From: an uncultured Gammaproteobacteria bacterium
Lineage (GTDB): Bacteria > Patescibacteriota > Patescibacteriia > Veblenbacterales > UBA10138
DNA length: 64,000 nt
Direction of reading: 5' to 3'
Assembly (NCBI GenBank): GCA_964348825.1
Contig: CAYGDX010000001.1
Location: forward strand, 90,909 to 154,908
Part shown: in pieces, positions 11,006-20,119 of the stretch
How the letters are laid out: each line of letters opens with the position of its first letter
Numbering within the stretch: position 1 is the first letter of the stretch
Program-made: the position numbers and the translations under genes
The notes under the pieces: model-generated
What the model saw: the letters and a program-made list of their open reading frames with translations, nothing else
Told to the model about the DNA's origin: nothing
Database searches by the model: none

Positions 11006-12649
11006 CTATTTTAAAAGTAACATTTTTTTTGTTATTGATACTTCTATCGTGTGCAACCGATAGAAGTAAATACCAGAATTAAGGTGTGAAGCATCAAAAG
11101 TCACTTCATGGCTACCTGACTCCATGACTTTATTGACTAACTCCGCTATTTCTTCACCAAGTATATTATAAACTTTCAAAGTTACCAACTTCGAACTGTT
11201 TACTTCGAACTTAATACTCGTTGAAGGATTAAACGGATTCGGATAATTCTGCAACAATTTCATTTGACTTGGGATTTCGGATTTCGGATTTCGAATTTCC
11301 ATTTCTGGTGGAGGCGGTGGCATTTCACTGCTATGCACAATTCGAATTTGTGTACCCGGAATTATATCATAGAGCGACATTGTAAATTCACCAGTTTGTT
11401 CCACTTTTACCCAATACCCTTGTCCGGGATACAGCGTATCAACATTCTTATACCCATTCTCATAAGCGTAGAACGATGAGGTTACAATTCCCGGTGGATT
11501 ACTGGTGATGTAATTAGTCGGCATTTTTCCAGTGAGTGATCCAATCATATTCCACCCTTCTTGCACTTGAATAGTGGTGGAAGTTGAACTGTCGCCGGTA
11601 ATGCTTACATATTGTGTATTCGCAAATTTTAACCAGTACCCCTTGCCAACTTCTAACGTCTCCATAGAGTGGTAGCCATCATTATAACCAAATGCTTGTG
11701 ATATCGCTGTTGGAAATACATTTGCCACACTCGCATCGGTTACGTTTTTAGGTAGCGATACAATATTCCATCGCTTGTTAAAGCGATAGGCTACTTCTGG
11801 CAGAATATACACGCCAAAATTAAGTGTTGGATACAAAGTATCGCCGATTGTGACATATGAAGTATCAACTTCAGGATATGTTTGTGTCCAGCCATTTATT
11901 TTTTCGGCATATATTTTGTAAGTACCGCGCGGTATATTTTGGAAAATATAATTTCCAGATGAATCAGTAGTGGTTGAATCAAGTGTTGTATCTTTAATAT
12001 ATACCTTCCAATCCGCTGTTGGTTGCTCATCGTTATCATGGGTAGTATTTTGATTTTCATCTATAAATATATTTCCAGCCAAACTGCCAATTTCCCCGCC
12101 TAAGTAAAAGGTGTCTGGGTTGACTACTTTTCCATAGTTAGAAAAATCATCCAAATAAAAGGTATAATTTCCCACTAAAGTAGTAAATAAATAATTGATA
12201 ACCAAACTTACTGAATCAAATTGGTGAAGTATATCTGATCCTTCGTAGCTTTTTTTGATATAAGTCCAGTTTGTACCGGCATTTACTGGTGTTAAATTTC
12301 CAACTTGTATAGTAGTATCATTGTGATGTATTAATATGTACAAAACAGGATATATATTATTAGCGACGGTTCCCTTTTCCCAATAATTAAACCAAGTATC
12401 AAATTCGACTAATTGCGTAAATTTACGTCCGTAAATCACACTATCAGTTTGACTATCAGCTGTGGTGGTTATGCAAACTGAATTAGTGGAATTATGTCCA
12501 GTATTGGTAATGTAAATACTATCTGAGGCCATTGTAGAATATTGGCGCACCCATTTATCTTGCTCGGCTTTTGTTTCCGTTGGTAAAGCCAATGGCATGA
12601 TTGCGATTATGAAAATCGCCATTGTTAATATGTTTGTGAAGTTTTTCAT
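11006..12649 (-). CDS. Secreted protein with carboxypeptidase-regulatory-like (prealbumin-fold) domain and T9SS-type C-terminal sorting domain
   Basis: Signal peptide MKNFTNILTMAIFIIAIMPLALPTETKA. SGNYIFQNIPRGTYKIY beta-sandwich motif. C-terminus LQNYPNPFNPSTSIKFEV...LKVYNILGEEIAELVN...GSHEVTFDASHLNSGIYFYRL...TKKMLLLK matches the Por secretion C-terminal domain consensus. Contains an in-frame aaatccgaaatccgaaat repeat coding EIRNPKSEI. Confidence 0.7.
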   Translation of the reverse strand: MKNFTNILTMAIFIIAIMPLALPTETKAEQDKWVRQYSTMASDSIYITNTGHNSTNSVCITTTADSQTDSVIYGRKFTQLVEFDTWFNYWEKGTVANNIYPVLYILIHHNDTTIQVGNLTPVNAGTNWTYIKKSYEGSDILHQFDSVSLVINYLFTTLVGNYTFYLDDFSNYGKVVNPDTFYLGGEIGSLAGNIFIDENQNTTHDNDEQPTADWKVYIKDTTLDSTTTDSSGNYIFQNIPRGTYKIYAEKINGWTQTYPEVDTSYVTIGDTLYPTLNFGVYILPEVAYRFNKRWNIVSLPKNVTDASVANVFPTAISQAFGYNDGYHSMETLEVGKGYWLKFANTQYVSITGDSSTSTTIQVQEGWNMIGSLTGKMPTNYITSNPPGIVTSSFYAYENGYKNVDTLYPGQGYWVKVEQTGEFTMSLYDIIPGTQIRIVHSSEMPPPPPEMEIRNPKSEIPSQMKLLQNYPNPFNPSTSIKFEVNSSKLVTLKVYNILGEEIAELVNKVMESGSHEVTFDASHLNSGIYFYRLHTIEVSITKKMLLLK

Positions 12650-13220
12650 TGTGAAATTCCTTTGTTAATTAATGATTGAATAGTAATAATTTTGTGTATG
12701 CTTTTCCACTAGCCATGCCTTTTGGGTGTGGGTAGAGGATTGAATCGAAACTTGTTGTGCCTCGGGCGCTGTGAGTACCACGCTGGCAATGATTATAATT
12801 TGCAAAATGTTAAAGAACACTAATTTCTCCTTTTTGTTTTTATGATAAATATTTGTGTTCCCCGTAAAGCTCGCTTGCGCTCGCCACGGGGCACTGTTAA
12901 TTTTTTCTAGAATCTATTTTAGAATCTAGGACACAAAAGATGTATAAATATCATCTCCTGTCTTCTTTATTCTAAAATTTTAATTTAAGTTATTTGTTAA
13001 CAAATGCTTACTATCCTTTAATTTAAGTATACCTTATTTAACAATACATACTACCACATTTGTCAATTTCTGTCAAGAGTAGTGTTTTTGTGTATTTTTA
13101 TGCCAATTTTCGTGGTGTAAAATTGATCGAATTGTATTATTTTGATCTGATTGCTATAAAAAAGCCGTAGAAGTGGAGTTGTGTTAGTAAAAAATATGTT
13201 TTATAATATCATTATAATTC

Positions 13221-13258
13221 ATTATCTAATTATGTCCGGCCGGACATAATTAGATAAT
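13221..13258. repeat. Perfect 38-bp palindrome attatctaattatgtccgg|ccggacataattagataat, left copy
   Basis: Identical palindrome recurs at 13820-13855, so the pair brackets ORF 13274-13816. Confidence 0.8.
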
Positions 13259-13273
13259 AGAGATTAGTTTAAT

Positions 13274-13816
13274 ATGTTAAAACGAACTAAAACAATTAGT
13301 CAGATCATTTTGACCGCGCTTTATGGTAGCGGTTTGGCAATGGTTGAATTTCATAATTTTATCAATGATTTTAGGCGTTGGGGTTATCATTATGAAAGCA
13401 ATCGCGAATGGCAAAATTATTTAAAATACATAAAGAACAAAAAGAAGTCGTATCGCTTATTGTATAATCTAAAAAGAAGCAAATATATTAAAATCAATAA
13501 GACAGGCGATAAGATTATAGTAAGCTTAACTAATAAGGGTAAAATGGCAGCGCTTAAAAATAGTTTATTACAAACTAAAAAGATGTCAGATAAATATACC
13601 GTAGTGATTTTTGATATTCCCGAAACAGCGCGCTTAGCCAGGGTATTATTTAGAAAACTCTTAAAAGAAGCTAGCTTTAAAAAATTACAACAAAGTGTGT
13701 GGATATCGAATTGTGACGCTCGTGATATCATGATTAAATTTATTAAAGAACAAAAAATAGATAAGTGGGTGAATGTATTTTATGCTACCAATTTGTTCAA
13801 GAAGTCGAATTTATAA
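13274..13816 (+). CDS. Hypothetical protein: N-terminal winged-helix-like region + C-terminal Cas2/VapD-like domain
   Basis: C-terminal KYTVVIFDIPETARLARVLFRKLLKEASFKKLQQSVWIS resembles the Cas2 N-terminal strand-helix-strand (xxVVxYDIxx, RRxKVxKxL, RVQxSVF). N-terminal half is basic and wHTH-like. No cas1 or CRISPR array nearby. Confidence 0.35.
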   Translation: MLKRTKTISQIILTALYGSGLAMVEFHNFINDFRRWGYHYESNREWQNYLKYIKNKKKSYRLLYNLKRSKYIKINKTGDKIIVSLTNKGKMAALKNSLLQTKKMSDKYTVVIFDIPETARLARVLFRKLLKEASFKKLQQSVWISNCDARDIMIKFIKEQKIDKWVNVFYATNLFKKSNL

Positions 13817-13819
13817 TCG

Positions 13820-13855
13820 TTATCTAATTATGTCCGGCCGGACATAATTAGATAA
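13820..13855. repeat. Perfect 36-bp palindrome ttatctaattatgtccgg|ccggacataattagataa, right copy
   Basis: Starts 4 bp after the stop codon of the 13274-13816 ORF; identical to the copy at 13221-13258. Confidence 0.8.
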
Positions 13856-14024
13856 TAGTTAATTTTTTGATTTAAGTTGTTTTGGTTAAATATTGTGGAG
13901 TTATTGGTAGATATTAGTAAATTAATATGTATTCTATATAGCATATGTATAGAAGTTTGTTTTTAGATTGTTTAATTATGTAATTATTGTCGTGATTGGG
14001 AAAAAATGTTATAATTAATTTGAT

Positions 14025-15674
14025 ATGAGAGAACTTTGGAGGGGAAAAAGGTATTGGTTTCAATTTTTTTGCCTTAGTTTAATAATTGGGGTAGGATTTT
14101 TGTTTTTTAATAATGTTTTTGATAATTTTGGGCAACAAATTGGCCAAAAAATTTCTGAATTCAATTTTTTTAAACCAGTCTTAGCACAAAATGCGGGAGT
14201 TTTTAAAGTTAAAGGCTGGGCGTGGAGCGGTACAACTGGCTGGATTTCGTTAAGTTGTGCTAATACTAATAATTGTTCTGGAGTTGGCGGATCAAGCTAT
14301 GATTTAGAAGTAAATAGTAATACTAAAAAAATTAGTGGTTTTGCTTGGTCAAGTAATTTAGGTTGGATTTGCTTTGGTAGTTCTTGTGATGGTAATTCAC
14401 CAGACGGTTTAATATCAGTAGCAAATTATTTATGTGAAGATACAGATGGCGATTGTTCAGCAGATAATTACAAAGCACCGATGATAGGTTGGGCTAAAAT
14501 AGTTAATTTAGGTAATAAGGGTTGGATATCGTTGAGTTGTAAAAATAAAATTAGTCCCGTAGATATCATTAATCATTGTTTGGAGCCCCTTCCTAACTAT
14601 GGCGTTGTAGTTAATTTTGAAGATGGTATTTTAGGCGCAAAAACTAATGCAACTTCAGATACTAATTGGGCTTGGCAATATGCTGGCGGTGGTGCAGGTA
14701 ATGCTTATGGTACAGGTTGGATACAATTTAATCCTGACACGGAAATTTTAGCACCATATTTACAAGCCCGAGGTGGCGATGTTTTTGCCAGAAAATTCAC
14801 TAGTTTTCTCCCACCACCAAAAGGTAAATATAATGCTCAGTATTTGATTCAGTCGCAAACAGGAATTAGTCGTTTTCGGGCTTGTATTGATGCTGGTGGT
14901 AATGCGATAGAAGGTTGTCGTTTTGGCACTTATAGTGCCTTGACGGTACCAGGAATAAAGCCAGTACAAGATACTATCAATAACCCTTATTCTTTTAAAT
15001 TAGGTCGCTTTGATTTTCATAACTTAGTAACACCAATAAATGGCACAAGTAATCGTAACCGTTATGGTCATTTATTAGTAAATACTCCGCCAGCGAATTT
15101 GAATATTTTATTAGATGATAAAATTTTAGAAAATAAAGTAATAAAAGTTAACGGTGACACTACAATAGGAGACATTACTCTTAACAATGGTGATACTATT
15201 GTTAAGAGTGGTGCTGGTACAATTGTTATTCAAGGTGATTTAAATATTAATGGTAATATAAATTATCAAAATATTTCAGGCAGTTTAGATTCAAAACAAT
15301 TGGCTTCGGTAGTTTGGATTGTGCTTGGCGATGTTAATATTGCACCCAATGTAACAGATGTGGCGGGTAATTTTATTATTTTAGGTAAAAGAGATATTGC
15401 AATTTGTGGAGGTGTTAACTTAGTTGGTGATCAGATACCACAAACATGTGGTTTATTTAATACCTGTAGTCCAATTGGTGATAGTTGTAAGGATTTTTCA
15501 TTAAGCATTACCGGTAGTGTATTTGCCCGACAGTTTTTGTTGAATCGCACTTATGTTGATAGAACTACCAGAGAACCATCGGAAAAGTTTACAGCCGATG
15601 GGCGAATGCAGTTGAATCCACCGCCCGGTTTTGCTGATTTTGCCAAAGGATTGCCGACGTTTAGTCGACAATAA
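14025..15674 (+). CDS. Hypothetical membrane-anchored/secreted protein with GW-rich repeats
   Basis: N-terminal TM (YWFQFFCLSLIIGVGFLFF). Repeated G-W-x-W-S-x(n)-GWI-x-x-S-C motifs. No known domain recognised. Confidence 0.4.
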   Translation: MRELWRGKRYWFQFFCLSLIIGVGFLFFNNVFDNFGQQIGQKISEFNFFKPVLAQNAGVFKVKGWAWSGTTGWISLSCANTNNCSGVGGSSYDLEVNSNTKKISGFAWSSNLGWICFGSSCDGNSPDGLISVANYLCEDTDGDCSADNYKAPMIGWAKIVNLGNKGWISLSCKNKISPVDIINHCLEPLPNYGVVVNFEDGILGAKTNATSDTNWAWQYAGGGAGNAYGTGWIQFNPDTEILAPYLQARGGDVFARKFTSFLPPPKGKYNAQYLIQSQTGISRFRACIDAGGNAIEGCRFGTYSALTVPGIKPVQDTINNPYSFKLGRFDFHNLVTPINGTSNRNRYGHLLVNTPPANLNILLDDKILENKVIKVNGDTTIGDITLNNGDTIVKSGAGTIVIQGDLNINGNINYQNISGSLDSKQLASVVWIVLGDVNIAPNVTDVAGNFIILGKRDIAICGGVNLVGDQIPQTCGLFNTCSPIGDSCKDFSLSITGSVFARQFLLNRTYVDRTTREPSEKFTADGRMQLNPPPGFADFAKGLPTFSRQ

Positions 15675-15759
15675 GGTTTTACTTTAGTAATTAATGTATT
15701 AATGGTATAATAAATTGAGAATGACTGATTTTTCAAAAATCCGAAATTTATTTATTAAA

Positions 15760-15838
15760 CACTAGAACATTTAAACATTAGAACATTATTAATAAAAAAC
15801 TTTTTGTTCTTATGATCTAGTGATCTAATGTTCTAGTG
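15760..15838. repeat. Palindromic cactagaac / gttctaatgtt element (family D)
   Basis: cactagaacatttaaacattagaac...gttcttatgatctagtgatctaatgttctagtg. Related copies at 17944-18030, 21878-21912, 22270-22307, 27845-27925, 34888-34975, 43570-43632, 58048-58100, in both orientations. Confidence 0.65.
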
Positions 15839-15860
15839 ATAATTCCTTACTTCAACCATC

Positions 15861-16925
15861 GTGTCTTTTTTTTCTAAAACTCGTTCTTATTTAGGCGTTG
15901 ATTTAGGTACTGCTTCCATTAAAATTGTGGAGCTGGAAAATCGTGCCGGCACACCTACACTTCTTACCTATGGCTTTGCCGAATTGCCAGTGGATGAAAT
16001 TAAATTTGATGTACACGAAACCGTAGCACGTACGGCTAAAACTGTAGCTAAAATTTGTGCCGAGTCGCACACTAAATCACGTAAAGTGATAGCGGCTTTG
16101 CCAACTTTTTCGGTTTTTAGTTCGGTAATTACACTGCCAGTAATGAATGAAAAAGAAGTTGGGCAAGCACTGACTTATGAAGCCAAAAAAATTATTCCTT
16201 TGCCGATTGAAGAAATGGTGCTCGATTGGAAAATTTTAAAAGATAAGGTAGGTGCGCCGGCTAGTAATAAAAAAGATAAAACTATGCGCGTGCTTCTCAC
16301 TGCCGCACCGCGCACTTTGGTAAAAAAATATCAAGATATTTTTCAAGCTGCCAACCTAGAATTACTATCGCTTGAAACCGAGGCCTTTGCGCTGGAGCGA
16401 TCACTGCTTGGTTCTGATCCGGCAGTAACATTACTACTTGATGTTGGCGCGCTCACTACTGATTTAGTAATTGTGGAAGATCATGTGCCAATTTTAAATC
16501 GCAGTATTGATGTGGGTGGAGTAACCGCTACTAAAGCCATTGCCCAGAGTTTGAATGTGAATGAACATCGGGCTGAACAATTCAAGCGCGATGTGGGTAT
16601 GATTTCGGGCGGGGCGGGCAGTGGTGGCGTGGGTAAAGTAATTGAAAATACTTTTTCACCAATCATTAATGAAATAAAATATGCGCTTTCACTTTACCGC
16701 GTGGAAAGCACTTCACCGCTTGAAAAAATAATTTTAACCGGAGGTTCAGCTTGGCTACCAAATTTATCTGATTATTTGGCTACACTTTTTCAAGTAAAAG
16801 TGATTATTGGTGATCCGTGGGCGGCGGTATCATACCCCACTGATATAAAAGGTGTACTACAAGAATTAGGTCCGCGTTTTGGTACGGCAGTAGGTTTAGC
16901 AATGCGGGAGATTAAGAGTAGCTAA
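15861..16925 (+). CDS. pilM: Type IV pilus assembly protein PilM (actin-like ATPase fold)
   Basis: GTG start. SYLGVDLGTASIKIVELE N-terminus and overall actin/FtsA-like PilM architecture. Confidence 0.8.
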   Translation: MSFFSKTRSYLGVDLGTASIKIVELENRAGTPTLLTYGFAELPVDEIKFDVHETVARTAKTVAKICAESHTKSRKVIAALPTFSVFSSVITLPVMNEKEVGQALTYEAKKIIPLPIEEMVLDWKILKDKVGAPASNKKDKTMRVLLTAAPRTLVKKYQDIFQAANLELLSLETEAFALERSLLGSDPAVTLLLDVGALTTDLVIVEDHVPILNRSIDVGGVTATKAIAQSLNVNEHRAEQFKRDVGMISGGAGSGGVGKVIENTFSPIINEIKYALSLYRVESTSPLEKIILTGGSAWLPNLSDYLATLFQVKVIIGDPWAAVSYPTDIKGVLQELGPRFGTAVGLAMREIKSS

Positions 16926-17011
16926 GTTTAAATTCTAATATCGAATATCGAAATTCGAAAAAATTTAAAATTAATTTAGGATTTCGGATTTAGTGCTTCG
17001 GATTTTAAACT

Positions 17012-17935
17012 ATGGATCCCAATTTATTACCTAATGAATTACGTGTGGGCGAAAAGGAAGAATTGTCACATCCGCCCCAACCAACATCGGTAAAGCCAGA
17101 TGCGATTTTATCATCTAAAGAGAAAGACAGGGTAATTGAGCTTGATATAAATGTAGGTTTGTGGTCAAAAATTAAATCTTGGTTTAATAAAGACGAAGTA
17201 CTAACTAGTGCGGATGACAAATCAGCGCTTGAAAAAGGTGAGGTTGATTTTGGTAAAACTTCGGCTGGTAAAATTTTAGGGATTCCTACCCATCATGGCG
17301 TACCACTTGGTGTAGTGCTCGATGTAAATTTATTGCCGGTTGAATCGCGCCCAATTGAAGAAGCCAAGCGTTATGGTGTGCATTTTTTAGCCGTGGCCGG
17401 AGCAGCTATTTTAGTAGTGATTATTGGTTATGCAATTTTACTAAGTTTAAAATCAGCTAAAGAAGCAGAATATGCCGATTTACAACGTGAAGCAGAAATT
17501 TTAACCACCGATATTACTGGTTTTAATGTCAAGCTTAATGAATTAAAATTAACTGGCCGGCGTATGAAGGTAATTACTGAAATTCTGAGTATGCGTAGCG
17601 ATTGGTTGAAGTTTTTTGATACCTTGGAAGGGTTGATAATGCCTAATGTAAGTTTCACTTCGCTATCGCTTCAATCATCAGGTAATTTTGTACTCGGGGC
17701 CGAAGGTAAAACTGTGAGTGATTTGGCTAAACAATTTTTGGTTTTTCAAGAGGGTAAAGATATTTGGGCGGAAGTGGAAATGGCCGGTGTGAGTTTGGGT
17801 AGTGGATTAGTTGAGGAAGATAGTGGATTAAGTTCTAGTGCTTCCGATTCTACGGCCAGTACAACTTTTGAATTAAAATTAAAACCAGGTTGGCTTCAGG
17901 CAGGAGAGAAAGCGATTGGTAAGAGTGAAGAGTAA
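17012..17935 (+). CDS. pilN: PilN-like type IV pilus inner-membrane assembly protein
   Basis: Position after pilM, single TM helix (FLAVAGAAILVVIIGYAILL) followed by a coiled-coil periplasmic region. Confidence 0.5.
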   Translation: MDPNLLPNELRVGEKEELSHPPQPTSVKPDAILSSKEKDRVIELDINVGLWSKIKSWFNKDEVLTSADDKSALEKGEVDFGKTSAGKILGIPTHHGVPLGVVLDVNLLPVESRPIEEAKRYGVHFLAVAGAAILVVIIGYAILLSLKSAKEAEYADLQREAEILTTDITGFNVKLNELKLTGRRMKVITEILSMRSDWLKFFDTLEGLIMPNVSFTSLSLQSSGNFVLGAEGKTVSDLAKQFLVFQEGKDIWAEVEMAGVSLGSGLVEEDSGLSSSASDSTASTTFELKLKPGWLQAGEKAIGKSEE

Positions 17936-18055
17936 GAGTTTTTCACTAGAACATTAGATCACTAGATCATAAGAACAAAAAGTTTTTTATTAATAATGTT
18001 CTAATGTTTAAATGTTCTAGTGTTCTAATGAATAAGATTTAGAATTTTAATTACT

Positions 18056-18655
18056 ATGCCTCCAGTTAAATCAAAAAATCAAGTAAGCAAATGGGAGCGT
18101 GCTTTGGAAAAATATTTTCTGTGGCTGGCGCTTGGTTTGTCGATATTAATTATTATTTTAGGGGTGTGGTTTTTGTGGCGTCCGGTTTATAATGAGTGGC
18201 AAGGCGGAGTAGATTTAAATAAAGAAAGAAATGAATTACAAGTGGCGCGAGCACGCTTCGAGGTTTTAAAAAAATTATTTACTGATTGGGAAAATCTAAA
18301 GGTGAAACCTGCGGGGCGTGATTTGCCTTTGATTTTACCAAGTGAGGCCGAGGTGCCTAATTTATTGGTTCAGCTTGAAGCCATAGCGCGCGATACTGGT
18401 TTTAAATTACAAGGTATTGCGGTGAGTGAAGCGAGTGGTAAGGGAACATCTCGTAAAGGTGAATCAGGTGCTACTACAATTTCCGGTGCGCGACCAATTA
18501 AAATCACACTTAGTTTAGATGGCGCTACGTACCCCAAAGTTAAAACATTGCTTAAGGCCTTGGATCAGGCTTGGCGTTTAATTCAGGTAGATAGTTTTAC
18601 GGTGGGGCGCGATAGTGCTTTGAGTTTAGAATTAACTGCTTATTATTTCCCTTAA
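18056..18655 (+). CDS. pilO: PilO-like type IV pilus assembly protein
   Basis: Single N-terminal TM (FLWLALGLSILIIILGVWFLW), coiled-coil plus C-terminal alpha/beta region. Synteny pilM-N-O. Confidence 0.5.
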   Translation: MPPVKSKNQVSKWERALEKYFLWLALGLSILIIILGVWFLWRPVYNEWQGGVDLNKERNELQVARARFEVLKKLFTDWENLKVKPAGRDLPLILPSEAEVPNLLVQLEAIARDTGFKLQGIAVSEASGKGTSRKGESGATTISGARPIKITLSLDGATYPKVKTLLKALDQAWRLIQVDSFTVGRDSALSLELTAYYFP

Positions 18656-18658
18656 ATT

Positions 18659-19000
18659 ATGTTAGTAGCTAAAAGTTTGCCAATTGGAAAAACCTTAACT
18701 ATGATTAGTGTGGTAGTTGTAGCGTTAGGTACAATTTTGTATTTGGTGTATACTAATTTTATAGATACTTCATCGGCACCGGTAAGTGATACACCAGTAA
18801 CTACTGGTGTATCAACACTTGAAATTAGCGCGGCTGAGGCCAAGTTTAAATTACCTAGTGGACAAGTTTTGGATAAAAATTTCTTTACCCTGCCGGCAGT
18901 TGAGGAATTATTTAATTTTGGTGATTTGCCAGTAACTGCTACACCTGTGAAGCGAGATGATCCTTTCGCCCCCTTGCCAAGTACAAATAAACGGCGGTAA
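18659..19000 (+). CDS. Hypothetical membrane protein (possible PilP analogue)
   Basis: 113 aa with N-terminal TM. Position after pilO. No sequence motif recognised. Confidence 0.3.
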   Translation: MLVAKSLPIGKTLTMISVVVVALGTILYLVYTNFIDTSSAPVSDTPVTTGVSTLEISAAEAKFKLPSGQVLDKNFFTLPAVEELFNFGDLPVTATPVKRDDPFAPLPSTNKRR

Positions 19001-19047
19001 AATAGAAATAGTTTAAAAATAACTTTTTAATTAAATAAATAAAATTT

Positions 19048-19599
19048 ATGAGTATGCGTTTTTCTAAAATAAATGGCTTTACCCTCGTAGAGCTTTTAGT
19101 CGTAATTGCCATTATTGGTATTTTGTCATCACTTTCAGTGGTGTCGTTAAACTCTGCTCGTGGCCGCGCGCGCGATGCTCAACGTTATAATGATTTAAGG
19201 CAATTATTTACCGCGATGACGCTTTATTATGATACTCAAGTATCTACTCCGCAATATCCCAGTATGAGCGGTTCTGAAGAGGATAAATGGACTAGTGATA
19301 ATGATACTGCGAGTTGGTGGAATGGTATAGCAGGGCCTAATAGATTTTTCCCTACAGTTTTGAAAGATCCTGGGATTGGCAATACATCTGCTTATTCGTA
19401 TGCTGTGCAAGCCGAAACAAGTGCTGGTAAGGGGGATCTGCGACAACATTATTGTGTTTATACAAAATTAGAAGGCGCAGATAATTATTTAATTGTAACC
19501 GAGAGTGGTTTAAAATCTAAAGAGGGAACCCCCGAATTTACAGATAATTCAACAGTTTGCGATTGTACACCAGGTTTATGTGCAGAAGCTGGTTCGTAA
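19048..19599 (+). CDS. Type IV pilin (class III signal peptide, N-methylation motif)
   Basis: NGFTLVELLVVIAIIGIL...ARDAQRYNDLRQ prepilin leader and conserved N-terminal helix. C-terminal Cys pair. Confidence 0.8.
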   Translation: MSMRFSKINGFTLVELLVVIAIIGILSSLSVVSLNSARGRARDAQRYNDLRQLFTAMTLYYDTQVSTPQYPSMSGSEEDKWTSDNDTASWWNGIAGPNRFFPTVLKDPGIGNTSAYSYAVQAETSAGKGDLRQHYCVYTKLEGADNYLIVTESGLKSKEGTPEFTDNSTVCDCTPGLCAEAGS

Positions 19600-19641
19600 T
19601 TTTTTAGAATTTTGATATTAGGATTTAGAATTTAATTCAGT

Positions 19642-20052
19642 ATGCCCAAAAAGCAACCCAGTGGCATAATTCTTCTTATAGTAATAGTTGGGGTGGCGGT
19701 TTTATTGGCCGCCACTTTTGTTTTAATTACTGTCGGACGTAAACAGAATTTGACCAAACGTGAGGCAATTCGTTTAGAAAACTTACGCTTGATTTCTCAA
19801 GCGCAGGAATTTTATTTTGACCGCTTCCAAAAATATGGCTCGTTTGAGGAGTTGATTAAGGCTCGTTTATTAGATGAAATTCCGCGTGACAACAAGAATG
19901 AAAAAGGTTATAATTTATATCGCAGTACTAAAGAGGATGAGTGGTGTGTGTGGTTAGAAATGGAGCAGCAAAATCCGCCGTATTTAAGCCTTGGCTCGCA
20001 CGGTCAAAAAAAATTAATAATACCGCCGATTGATTTAGAAACATGTAAGTAA
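19642..20052 (+). CDS. Pilin-like protein lacking canonical prepilin cleavage motif
   Basis: N-terminal TM plus KREAIRLENLRLISQAQEFYF, resembling the pilin N-terminal helix region. No G-F-T-L-[IV]-E motif. Confidence 0.3.
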   Translation: MPKKQPSGIILLIVIVGVAVLLAATFVLITVGRKQNLTKREAIRLENLRLISQAQEFYFDRFQKYGSFEELIKARLLDEIPRDNKNEKGYNLYRSTKEDEWCVWLEMEQQNPPYLSLGSHGQKKLIIPPIDLETCK

Positions 20053-20119
20053 AATCCGAATATCGAAATCAGAAATACAAAAACTTTGAACTATTGACTA
20101 ATAACTTTGAACTTAGTGT

